This document shows positions 52,203 through 64,000 of a stretch of DNA of 64,000 nucleotides, one piece after another. Numbering within the stretch: the first letter of the stretch is position 1; every line of letters starts with the position of its first letter. The translations under genes were made by a program, and so were the position numbers. The notes under the pieces are model-generated. The model saw only the letters and a list, made by a program, of their open reading frames with translations. It was not told where the DNA came from and made no database searches. The DNA comes from Nageia nagi (lineage: Eukaryota; Plantae; Pinophyta): contig JBITNC010000001.1 of NCBI GenBank assembly GCA_050084985.1, forward strand, positions 26,908,001 through 26,972,000, read 5' to 3'.

Positions 52203-54662
52203 GTTGAGTACATAACTCCTAATCAATGAAAGTCCATATGTTAAATCTGCAATAATTTCCAATAGAACAAGAAGAAACATAGAGTACATAAAGTAAAGCG
52301 CACTTTAAGTTGCTGGTTATGTTGGGTGGTTCTATTTTGGTTGTTCATTACCAACCAACAAACCTATTGTGGTTGACACTTAGATACTGATATTTTGGCT
52401 TCTGTTTACTAAGTTCTTGCCTATTCATTCTTGAGGGTAATAAGAATCGTGCTGTCTCTGCATACTTTGTGTTGTCTCGATGATCATGTCCTAGGTGTTT
52501 CAATCTTCAACAATTTTGTTACTGTAAATGGACAAACTTGAATCTTGAAACATCATATCTATTTATAGAGTATTGCCTGTAGCAAGAACTTGAGCAAGAT
52601 CATGAAAGACAAATGTATTTAGAAATATATTGGTTAGTTGAAAGCAAAAGACTGATGAGACTAGGACTGAGTTGTTGAGTGCAAACGATATGAGGTGCTA
52701 GTTGAGCAATGAGAGAAAGAAAACAGCATGTGAGGAAGAATGTGACAACTGCTGCTTATACCTTGGCATTTTAAGGAACTAGGCATGCTATTTTGTTGGA
52801 TAAGGAGACATCTGAGTTTCATAGACATGCAGACATGAGCACCCCTGAACTAAGTATGATCATTAGCTATGAAAATCTTCTTTATAAAAACAATGTGCTA
52901 TTTGAACTTGTATTAGAAGTGTGATTAAAGTTTAGTTCAAGAAGAAGATTATTTTATGAATAGTAGGCAATGAAAAGAAGGAAGATCAGTGTAGGAATAT
53001 AGGAACAATATCCATAGTCACATGCGTAGTTGAAACATAATGAATCTCACTCAATTCACAAGGACTTTAATTATATAGCTGAGTGTGGCTGCTGTCTCGT
53101 GACAAAAACACTTTTCAGCTTGATATGATTTATTTTCAACCTTTCATTTCAAGCAATTTAACCGCTAGAAGATCACCAGTGGGACAATTTAACTCGCATG
53201 AGGACTTGATAAGAAGTGAGCTTGCTGCTACAAAGAATTCTCTGGCCAAGGAAATTCTGATATGTAATACTATCCAGGATGTTTCTAATTGTTTCCAATG
53301 CCAAAATCTGAATGGAATCTTTCATGTGTTGTGACAAATTACATGCAGATTGAAGACTGCCGATAATTTTCTCTGCTATTCTCATTGCTCGGTTAATAAT
53401 GGTATGTAGTCTGCAGTTTGGAAAAGGCTGAAGCTTACAATGTGCTGCTTCTAGAAATGATATCAAGATTAGAGGAAGGGAGAGGAGGGGAGGGGAGAAG
53501 GGAGGGAGGTAGGAGATGGAGTTCAGCATAGTTGAAATTCAATGTGAAGCATGTTATTTTCAGAAGCATTTGTTCCCTTAAGTGCAATTCACCATGATGC
53601 ATATCACTGAAGTAAACAAGAACTAGAGGGAGTTTTTACAAACAAAATTGTTTGAAAACAAGAATTTCGAGAATGAGGCAAAAAAGTGGGAGCTGAAGGT
53701 ATTGTGGCATGCACAATTATGAGCTCACTGTTGTATCAGATTCTAGATAGCAAGATAGCTTTATGAGTCAAGATTTAGTGGTAGGATTTTGTTTTCTGAA
53801 GTCTTCCAATATTGGAAACAAGTTGGAGTGTAGCATTGGAAAGTCTTATTTACAGAAAAGTAAATATATTCATATTCTGTATGCAAGTATGACTGGCTCT
53901 CCTGGCTTTATTTTCTTTCCTGCTAATTAAAATCTGAATTTAAAACAGATTTCTTTTCTTTTCTGTATGAATGGGACATGATTTGCTGCCTACATATGAC
54001 ATTCTTGTAACGGATAGGCCATCCAAGGGTGGTGTGATGATTACTGGTATTTACATAAGGTAATTAAGCTTCCCTGGGTTAGTGACCCAGATTTACAAAG
54101 AGCTTCTAGAACTAATGTAGGAGTTGGAACTTTCATTATTCTAAACTTTATTTTGCCTTATCTATATCTATTTGAAAAGACATCTAGATTTTTCTATGGT
54201 GTCATTTTTAGGTAGTACATGTCTATTGCTTCTTATACAACTGGGAATTCCCACAATATAGACCCATTTTGTTGCTACGCTTTCACCTGGCATGCAGAAC
54301 CTGGGTTCAAGGCGTATATCTGCAAAAATGAGAATGCTTCTTTGTTAGGCAACATGATTTTACTGAATTGATAATTGCTAAAACTGGACGTGATCTATAT
54401 TTTTTAATTCTAGTTGGACATTGGTCTATTGTTTGTCTGGCACATTAATCTGTGTACTGGCTACCTGTATACGTAGCAGTTCCTATGTAATATATCATTC
54501 TAGATGTTTGTGAATGCGTACTTCACAAATTTCATTACATTTATTATGTATTGTGCTGTCTTTATTGTATTTCCTGGGAAACTAAGATGTGCTCTTCCTT
54601 ATTGTACTATACGGATTCAAAGATTCTGAGCTTACAAACTGCAAACTATAATGATTCTGCAG

Positions 54663-54946
54663 GGAACAACCGTTGGAGATGTTGATGGAGATGGACAGAC
54701 AGATGTTGTGATACCAACTATATCAGGCAATATCTATGTTCTTAATGGTAAGGATGGTTCATATGTAAAGCCATTCCCCTTTCGCACTAAAGGGAGGATC
54801 ATGAGTCCAGTGCTCCTGGTTGACCTAAGAAAGCGTGGAGAAAATCGAAGAGGGTTGACTCTTGCTACAACATCATTTGATGGGTATTTCTATCTTATTG
54901 ATGGACAAACAGGTTGTGCAGATGCTATTGATATTGGAGAGACTTC
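54663..54946 (+). CDS. DEX1: DEX1 exon ([16 protein letters not shown]...ADAIDIGET)
   Basis: ctgcag|GGA ... TC|gtatgt. FG-GAP motif GDVDGDG. Confidence 0.95.
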
Positions 54947-55039
54947 GTATGTCACTTGAATCTACAAACTGTACGAGTATATTTTTAATGACTTACCCCA
55001 TATGAGTTAATTCTAAAAATTATTGTTATATTGCTGCAG

Positions 55040-55157
55040 TTATAGTATGGTTCTGGCAGATAATGTTGATGGAGGTGATGATCTAGATCTAATTGTAACA
55101 ACCATGAATGGCAATGTATTTTGCTACTCAACTCCTGCTCCACATCATCCCTTAAAG
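55040..55157 (+). CDS. DEX1: DEX1 exon ([40 protein letters not shown])
   Basis: ctgcag|T ... AAG|gtatgt. Phase 2 in, phase 0 out. Confidence 0.95.
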
Positions 55158-55621
55158 GTATGTGAAGGACTTTAAATGCCCCTGACATCTAGTTATTTTG
55201 GTTGACCTTATTATATGATTGCCTGGCTTTGCTTTTCTGGGAGAATATTTCTAGTTGGATCATTGCTAGACTGTCAGGCTTTGTAATGAAGGCAGAGAAT
55301 CCGTGAAATTTGTCAGAGTAGTTCTGTGGGTTCATAGATCCATATACATAGTGTCATAGCCGTAGAAGTTTTTCTGTTTCAGCCAACTGTCATCGTGAGG
55401 GATTGTGTAATGTATCAAAGTTGTTGTGATCCTCTGAAATTGGATGACAGTTATAGTGCATTAAGCTTGTTAAACCTTAGTTTTCTAAAATTATTCCATT
55501 CTCATAATATTTCATCTTGCTCATTTTTTTCGTATACTTGAAGCTTCTAAAATCGATATTTGAGTCTTGTTACAAATGTTATGAGAGGTAAACAATTATA
55601 AAAGCCGAATGATTTCATAAG

Positions 55622-56943
55622 TGGGACCAATCCGGCTATGGGATCTGGAGGTCTGATAAGACAAGCAACTAATAATCTAAAACAGGAAAACAATCACCCC
55701 TATTTCGAATTCCTAGACACTATGGCAAATCATATCGGACATTTGTGTATTTGCAAACATTTTCTCTGTTTCAGCCAATCATGTTAGTCCTATCTGTGTC
55801 TTGTGTAGAAAGTTGAAGTGTTTACCATGCTGGGACCCATGTTCAAAGTTCAAACCTTGTGGCCAGCCCATGCTGGGACCAATCATCTTCTGGGATTAGG
55901 AGATCTGATTAGATAAGCAATTAATAATTTAAAAAAAGAAAAAGCAATGTTCCACATGGCTGGGGAACGTGTATCTGGGAACGGGGGAAAAAATAGGGTC
56001 ATTTTTGGGAACGGCAAGTATAATACTAGTAAAAATGATCGGAATTTTCAGATTTTTTAGATTTTATTGTTTTCAATTCATTACTATTATGATGAATGAT
56101 CATATTATCAAATTCAATCATGTATACAAATTGAAAACATGGAATTGAAATTAGAAATTCAACTTCAAGACATAATTGTAAAAAAAAACAATAAATCTGA
56201 TAACACAATCATAATGTCATAATAAGTTTGAACCATAATGTCATTAGGTCTGAATCAAATACATAGAGTGGACATTGACATGAGTATGTCACATAGTGAA
56301 ATAAGCATAATAAAATGAGTATTTCTTCCTCCTTGCTCTCTTTCTCCCCACTGCTGTCTTTTTTCTACTAACTGCTGTTTTTTTTCTCTCCTAACTACAC
56401 ACAATGAAAATTGATTACAAAAACACTTTTGAATGGAGTTTATAAGATGCTTTTAGGGTTAGAGGGGTGGGAATGTTGGTGGGTCGAATCCCATGCACTT
56501 TAAGTGCTTTTTTTGAAGTCAAATATTGTTTTTTTTTTCTGCATCTATATCTGCCCAGATTTGAGGGGGAACGCCAAAAGTCTCCGTGAACGGCCAAAGA
56601 ACGCCGGAAGTTCCCTATGCCATTCCCAAATAGAGAAATGGTTAGGGAATGGTTCCCTTACCCTGGGGGACGTTCTGGGAACAGCTGGGAAATGTTTCCC
56701 TAGGTGTTCCCAAGACAAGGGAAGGCCTCCTCTAGGAGGTGGAATGCGTCCCTATGGAACACTGCGAAAAAGTCACCCCTATTTCTAATCACTAGACAAA
56801 ATGACAACTAATATTGAACTTTTGTGTATTCACAATCGTTTTCTCTATTAAAGCCAATCATGTTAGTTCTATGTTCGTCTTGTGTAGAAAGTTGAGGTAC
56901 TTACCATGCTGGGACCCAGATCAAACCTTGTGGCCAGCCCATG
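55622..56943. repeat. ~250-bp tandem duplication, second copy interrupted by a MITE
   Basis: tgggaccaatc...tcacccctattt...agccaatcatgttagt...ttgtgtagaaagttga...aaaccttgtggccagcccatg present twice. Confidence 0.75.
55945..56764. mobile_element. hAT-type MITE (820 bp)
   Basis: TIR CAATGTTCCACA / CAGTGTTCCATA; 8-bp TSD AGAAAAAG/CGAAAAAG; GGGAAC subterminal repeats; AT-rich non-coding core. Confidence 0.8.
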
Positions 56944-57166
56944 TGAGTGTCGACCCGGAGGGCAATTTGCAATTATTAAGAAGCTTCTGTAATTGACAAA
57001 AAATTGAAGTCTTGGGGGGAAGGAACAGCATCTCCATCCATATTGAAAATATGGAAGGGCCCAAATGTAGGTGATTTTATTACAATACAGCAAATAAATT
57101 ATACATGAATGAGAATCCTGTTCAACAACCTCCTAACTAACTGGCTAACAAACTAGACTTGTACGA

Positions 57167-58090
57167 TGTAAGAAACTAAGCCAAAATACCCAGAAATTTG
57201 CTAATAAAAATCAGATTTGCATAAATAAAACTCTAGATTTCAGATCTGAGTTTATGATAGAAAACAAGTGCAGATCAAAACATACAATTTTAGTTTTAGT
57301 GCACAACTACTTATTGATCATTAAAAGCAGAATGAGTCCAGAAATTATACAGAAAAATGCCTTAGGAGAGAGGCGTCAGTTTAGTAGGGGGCATGAACTG
57401 CTGATCAAAATCTCCAAAAATTATCTTCAATGTATCTAGGACTGGGCATCACAGAATAACGGATTCCCAAGCTGGCCGCTCCACCTTGGTGGCTAGATCT
57501 GAGTATCAAGTGCTCATAAATGTCATCTATGTCCTCCAATATGCTAGATCTCACTTTCAACTGCTGAATTTCACAGTAATAACACTAGAGGTTTGCTTTC
57601 CTCTTATGTTCCCACTCCTGTAGCTGTTCTTCTACAAGAGGAATAGAAGATTGCTTCTGCAACAATATTCTTTAGGAAAATCAAGTAGAATGATCAAAAG
57701 CATCTCCACAATAATCTACCCCTTCCTTAATAGCCTTCAAAAAATCCTAACTCCTTCCCCATATGGACGTCCTACTTCTAAGCCTATTTTTGGGTTCAAT
57801 ATCCAACATACCTCCTTGGGGAACATAGATTGACTTTATAACTCAAAATAGGTCAAAATCAGTTACAAGAGTAAAAAGGGGAGTTACAGATGCTAAATGA
57901 TAGTTACAAATTCTAGAAGGCAGTTACAAGTGCTAAATATATTAAATAATGCTTTATCCTTATGACCACACACTCCTAAATGCAAACCAAACACACCTAG
58001 ATACTCCAAGATGGACGTGCCTCTCCAAGATGCATAATTTCATCATTTAAACACAACAAAATGAAAGGGACACAAATTTGGGACATTACA
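57167..58090. mobile_element. Solo LTR (924 bp) inserted in an LTR of element I
   Basis: TGTAAG...GGGACATTACA; TSD TACGA/TACAA; absent from the other LTR copy of I. Confidence 0.75.
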
Positions 58091-58382
58091 TACAACAACC
58101 ACCCAATAACTTATCATCTTATGATCTTAATAAAAAAACAAATAAGATTTCTCTACCTAAAAACAAACTAAGACTAACTAATACAATAACAACCAAATTA
58201 ATAAAACTACAATAACAATAACCTAATGCATTATCTACTTTTGTAACATTCCTTGCATAATAAATTAGGTCCTAAAAAATGGTAGTGGAATCGAGCTCAC
58301 TAACCAAACATCATACTTCAGCAGAAATGGGCTCACTGATCTTCTTATGTGGCAATGATTAGGCATCACCATTCCTCTATTT

Positions 58383-61369
58383 TGAAAGGATGAAGGTGAA
58401 ACGAAGATAGAAAATAATACTCTTAACACCCCTCGTTAACCTAGTGAACTTAACCTAGGCTAGATACCTAAAAAGGTATATAGAAAATAATACTCTAACA
58501 CGCCCCTTAATTGATACTAGGAAGAAGTGTAGATAGCTAAGCAACAAGAAAATGAGTCTTGACAACAAGGCCTCATAAGGTGCTCATGTACAAAAGCTAT
58601 CATTGGAAAAACCATCTTCTAGAAGAGGAAAGCAAAAAAGAAAGGAAGGTGGAGAGGAAGGTGTCCTCATCAACACCCCCAAGAATAACTTCTTTCACTG
58701 CAATCAAGTAGGGTGATGCAAAGATGTTTGCAGTGATATCTCCCAATGTATAATCACCAACAAGGGAGAAATGCAAAAGATCAATGTAAAGTTCTAGAAA
58801 TATGTAGATACCTCTACCCCGAATTGAGTGTCTCCTGCTAGTAAGAAAGAAGCTAAGAGGCATACATCTGTAATCTTCCCAATACAAGAAAGTATGAGGA
58901 GGGAACATCATTGAATTTGGTATTGATGATGATGAACCAGGATACAAAGCATTCCAAAGTGAAGGTGTCACCAATGAACCAGGTAGAAGAGAGTTAGAAG
59001 AATCAATGTCCTGCTGCACAACAAAGGAAGCTATGGAAAAAGCAAGATAAGGAGGTAAAGAAACCTCAACATAACCTCTAGGATCTCCTAAATAGAGTCT
59101 AACCAAAGATGGAGGTTGAGGAGATTCGAAATGTATCTCATTAAAATCCTACTGCAAGATAAAGGGAGAAACAGAAGGATCCAAGGCAACAATAGTAAAA
59201 TGAGGAGAAGGTGGCCCATCCAAGCAAGGAAGGCTCACCACGATAATATCCTCAAGAGGGCCAATATGAGAAGATATATAAAATAAAGAGGTAAGCTCCT
59301 CATGAAGGTCAACAACATCAACAATATATGACTCTAGGAAGAGAGAATCAACACCATCAAGAATGTCCTCAAAATGCTCAATGTGAGCAATACATGAAGG
59401 ATCATTAAACAAGGATGTGAGCTCCTCATGAAGGTTGACAACATCTGAAATGTACAACTCAATGAAAAGAGAAGAAACTCCATCCAAGATGTCCTCCAAA
59501 GTCTTTGAAACAATATCAACAACATCCTGCATCATAATCTTCGTGCAACACAAAATCTTCATCTGAGAGAGCCTCAAAATGTGCACAAAGTAGTGAGAAA
59601 TATATATGTGGAGGCGGCAAGGAATAGTCGAAAGGTGGTAGAATACCATGGTAGACACTGTCAGTAGTGTAGCAAATGATGGCACTCACATCACAGAGTT
59701 TGGACCTCCAAAAAATAAACTCAGGTGTGTTATGATGAGGTTCAGGAACTAGACCAAGAAGATATGGCAAAAGCTCATGAGAGCGCAAGTGCTCAACAAT
59801 GCTATCATGACGAGCAAGATATGAAGCTCGATCAACCAAAGGAGTAATAAGAAGACTCAAGAAATCCTCCATTGTAGTCACCTGAACAAGATGACCAAAA
59901 TGATCCCCCCACAAAGTGTGCCTTCGATGCATATAAATGTATTCCACAGAAAATGCCTTTATAATTCAGGTGTACAACCAAATCTACTGAGAAATATTCA
60001 GAATCTGCTCCTACATACAAAAAAATGGCACTCAAGATAGAGTTCGTATGCAAAAGTTATGCAATTAATTCGGATTCGGACGAAAAATTAAAATTTAAGA
60101 CGTCAAAACTTTAGAAAATTAATTAAATTAAAAACTGGCTAGTTTAACTAATAATCTAATTCTGAAACTTTGTATTGCAATTGTGAGCAGATCTGGAAGG
60201 CAGAAGGGGTTGTATGAGTAGTCAAAACGATCCGCATGAAACGTGGAACACTGTGAAACTGTCCGTTCCGAAAAGCGGGGCTTGATCAAAGAGCAGTCTC
60301 AAAAAACGTGACTCTTACACAAGCTGCTCAAATTAAATTGAAAACAGATCTTCAAATGCTCATACCTTCATCAAATGAGGTTGAATTCGAGTGATACAAA
60401 ACCAAAAATGGTCTACTCAAAAAAGGGTATTTAGATCTGATCACGATTTTCACATTTGGTGAAAGAAAACGAGAAAAAATGTGTTTGCTACCTCCAATGA
60501 CGTTTTTGTGCCAGCTAAGGACTTTAAATCAGCAAACCAGCTTCAAATGCTTCTAACTTGTCCAAATGACATCGGATTCTAGTGATTCAAGAAAGAAAAG
60601 TGATCAGCTTGAAAAAGGGTATTTGAATATGCCCTTGGAATTCAGAGCAAAAAATGGACCTGCAAATTTCAGTGACGTTTTTGAGGCTGTGAGGGGCTGC
60701 AGATCCGTTGTAGACGCACATGGAGGTGAGATCAGGCCTTGTGGGCACAACAAAAGGGAGAAGAAGGCTGTTGAGGCATCCCAATAATGCTGATAGAATG
60801 CAGTTATCTTAAAGATCACATACAAATAAACACAGATCTATGCAAGAAGTGGAGATCTACACAAATCAATGCAGAGCCACACAAAACAAAGTCAATCTGG
60901 TAGAGCTGTTACAAATCACTGATGAAAGAAGAAGAATCCTGTACAATAGATCACAAGAACAAAGACCCAGCACAAAGCCTTCAATGGAGAAGAATTCTCC
61001 GAGAGTGGATCCTTGGATCTCCAAATCACAAGCAAATGCAACCGAGAAGACTCCATCAATCTCAAATCTCTAATACCATGAAAGGATGAAGGAGAAACAA
61101 AGTTCTCACCTAGAATACAAAGCCGAGAGACAATCACGAGAATACATGAATTGTTCACAAAAAAAATGAAATTATGGATTAATTAATCATAAGATACACC
61201 TTGCTTAAATAGCAAGTGAAATGTACAATAGCCACACAATCAAAATAATGCTAGCCATTGGATTAAAACAACCCGATAGGGATGACAACTAAGCACACCT
61301 ACCAGTGAACTTAAGATAATAATAACCTAGATACCTAACTAGGTAATAAAGCAAATAATACTCTTAGCA
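58383..61369 (-). mobile_element. Element H: decayed non-autonomous Copia-type element nested in I
   Basis: LTR 61079-61369 with PBS tggtattagag. Rearranged second LTR at 58383-58500 (tgaaaggatgaagg...aataatactcttaaca) with PPT-like ttaaggggcg. Internal ~120-bp tandem repeats (LEDILDGV.SLF). TSD degraded. Confidence 0.65.
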
Positions 61370-63208
61370 CATTCTTTGCGTGGGAATGACTGGGCATTTA
61401 CCAAATGTCCGAGGATAGGGAAAAACATATCTACCCATGATCAAATAACAAAGTATAAACAGGGACAAACACATTTGTTTACAACGACATAAAAAAAATG
61501 GTTAGGGACCAACACATCCAATCACAAAATCAAGGAAGTTTTGGGAATTTCCCTCGTAATCAAAATATTTACTTCTATCAATAAAAATGGACACAGCGTT
61601 GGGTTCCACTAATAATGCATTCTAGGGCACAAAAATAATGCATTGACACATTTGATCATAACACAATAAGTACCGTTTTGTTCCAAATACCCCCTAATAT
61701 CATCAAACTATCATTTTTCATGAAAAAATGATTAATATCCACCTTCAAAACATTAAACCTTTTAAGTCTACTGTCTGACACATGTCATACAATGCAGCGG
61801 TGGTGATTTGAACTAGAGAACTTTCATGAACTCCAATGAATGATGAGGGCATCTGATTTAAAACAGAAGTCCATTTCCACATCAGTTGTGTGCACGTTCT
61901 CTTCTCTTCTTGTGTGCGCTGGGTGTACACAGAACTTCCTTCGGTTTATGTATACACAGGTCCAAGTTCTTCTAGAAGGCATTGGACGCCCTCTTTGACA
62001 TAGTTATTTTAGATGCTTCATAAATTCCTTCACAGACTCATTTTACTACTTCTAGCATCATTTATTGATGCGCAGGTCTTTTTTTCTCATGATTACAACG
62101 CATATACACAAGATGCACTTCAATAGTAAATGGTTGCCTCCTCCCTGCAGGTCTTTGTATACACAGTCTCCTTTTCTCAGAAGCCATGCTCTTCACCAGG
62201 CAACACGAAGTCTTAACAGTCTTCTAAATGCAGGTCACTCTCAAGTTGTTTACGCAGGTCTGCATCTATTGCATTTCTGACCTCCAATGCTACACATTCC
62301 TCTTCTTTCTGTCAGATTGTTTCACAACACGCGTAGGTCATTTTCTGAATAATGGCAGTTTCTCAACAAATACGCATACAGCTTTTAATTTATTCCTTGT
62401 ATGCTATGAACATTAAATGCTCTAATGAACTTTGAATCCTTTGATGATTGATCTGCTCTCATACCATATTGAAAATATGGAAGGGCCCGAATGGACACTG
62501 ATTTCATTACAATACTGCAAATAAATAATAAATGAATTGAGAATCTTGTTCAACAACCTCCTAACTAACTGGCTAACAAACCAGACTTGTACATAACCAC
62601 CCAATGACTCGTCATCCTAATAAAAAAATAAATTTTTTTTTTTCCTAAAACAAAAACTTAGACCTACTAATACAATAACAACTAAATTAATAAAACTACA
62701 ATAACAATATATATTATCTAATTTTCTAACAATCCATAGCTCCCATGGTTTGTAATAATGGCTTCTTATAGTTATCTATCCCCTAAGGAGAGTCTCCTTA
62801 GCTTCATGTAAGCACTAGCTTGAAGTCCAAGTAGGCTACGTGCATAATATGTTACTGCTATATGGATAAAATAAAATTGAATTAAAAGGGAGCCAAATTC
62901 CGTTTGTAGTAGATAAATCAGAAGACTGCTTCTTTGTTCCTTACTTTTCTTGACTGAAACTGGATCTTGAGTCTGTCTGCTGTATTGATATTTTTCTTTT
63001 CTCATGTTATGATGTCTCGAGGTTGTCAACAATATGTTGAGGTTAACAACCACAGGTCTTTCTTGTTTTTCCAGATGTATATCGCGATTTTGAACTATGA
63101 TATTTGTCTCAAATCAACACTATTATTTTAATGTGATATTGTTATCTTCGTTGTTCTGCATCTTATGGATGTACTGAATAATGCGATCTAAAACATTTTC
63201 AGCTGATA

Positions 63209-63526
63209 AGAGTTTGCTTGCTTGTTATGTTTGTTTTCATATTTTTTATTTCATTAGAACTGAAAAAATACCGCTGCTATAAAAGGGGTCTGTGTCTTCC
63301 GAACATTGGATTTGATCTTTGTGTTGTGGTTGTGGCTGCTTTTTTGTTGTAGTCATGGACATTACAGAGAGTTTGCTTTCTTATCATGTTTGTTTTCATA
63401 TTCTGAACTTTATTAGAACTGCTAAAAGATCACTGCTATAAAAGGTGTCCGTGTCTTCCTAACATTGGATTTGATGATTGTGTTGTGATTGTGGCTACGT
63501 TTTGATTGTAGTCATGGACATCACAA
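63209..63526 (+). repeat. 159-bp tandem duplication including a DEX1 splice acceptor and the first ~14 exon bases
   Basis: ...ttgtag|tcatggacat occurs twice, with AG at 63351-63352 and 63510-63511; upstream ~140 bp also duplicated. Confidence 0.88.
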
Positions 63527-63694
63527 ACTCAGGGAGTAAATAATGTTGCAAGCCGTTACAATCGTGAAGGAATTTTCGTTTTGCCATCATCTAGAGCTTT
63601 TCGAGATGAGGAAGGTGATAGCTTTTGGGTGCAATTCAAAATTGTGGATCAGCATCGAATACCTTCAGGATCAAATGCGCCTTACAATGTTACG
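63512..63694 (+). CDS. DEX1: DEX1 exon ([20 protein letters not shown]...[10 protein letters not shown]...APYNVT)
   Basis: ttgtag|TCA ... ACG|gtgatt. 61 codons. Confidence 0.93.
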
Positions 63695-63816
63695 GTGATT
63701 GCTCTGAACGCTTTATTTGAAGCACCTTTAAGCAAATATTTAATATGGAGAGTTTTGTGCATTCTCTCTTTTTTCCTTTAGTGTTATATAGTTATCCAAT
63801 ATCTGTGGTGTTTTAG

Positions 63817-64000
63817 GTGACACTTCTGGTCCCTGGAAATTACCAAGGTTCAAGAAGGATAACACAACATCAAATATATTATCAACCTGATACCTACAAA
63901 ATGAAGCTGCCAACAGTGCCTGTGCGAACAACAGGGACGATAATTGTAGAAATGTTTGATAAGAATCATTTGCACTTTTCTGATGAATTTACTCTCACCT
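63817..64000 (+). CDS. DEX1: DEX1 C-terminal exon, runs off the window ([11 protein letters not shown]...[13 protein letters not shown])
   Basis: ttttag|GTG. Open to the window end; matches the DEX1 C-terminal region before the transmembrane helix. Confidence 0.93.
   Translation, partial: MTLLVPGNYQGSRRITQHQIYYQPDTYKMKLPTVPVRTTGTIIVEMFDKNHLHFSDEFTLT

Larger units (their letters stand above)
57041..62731 (-). mobile_element. Element I: short non-autonomous LTR element (LTR ~265 bp) with two nested insertions
   Basis: LTRs 62467-62731 and 57041-57166 plus 58096-58248; PBS tggtatgagagc (62455-62466, minus strand); perfect TSD ATCCA. Confidence 0.82.

Noticed and set aside
52203-54662. ORFs 53083-53334 and 53173-53529 in a DEX1 intron
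   Set aside because: No recognisable homology; the flanking exons join in frame without them.

Overview
Plant nuclear DNA, most likely a gymnosperm/conifer (inferred from the intron size and TE types; the species cannot be identified). The window holds the middle and 3' part of one host gene, DEX1 (DEFECTIVE IN EXINE FORMATION 1, FG-GAP/VCBS repeat membrane protein), on the + strand. Eight exons splice in frame through GT-AG junctions, across a 48.9-kb intron (3104-52020) and an 8.4-kb intron (55158-63511). About 92% of the giant intron resolves into nested, TSD-bounded insertions. These include five related 3-7 kb TG...CA units (F, A, D, B, E) with 5-bp TSDs and no LTR pair. A, B and D carry a decayed ORF (about 1,170 codons in A and B) next to palindromic repeat arrays, and F carries captured ZDS and PPR gene fragments. 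A very young pol-less LTR element (C) encodes gag plus a homologous ~1,160-aa ORF, has two tandem tRNA-Arg PBSs, and has a tRNA-like motif where the PPT should be. Also present: a decayed Copia, several non-autonomous Copia-type elements, a hAT transposon and a hAT MITE. Two DEX1 splice acceptors are tandemly duplicated. No rRNA, tRNA or CRISPR features were found. All calls were made by eye, without database searches.
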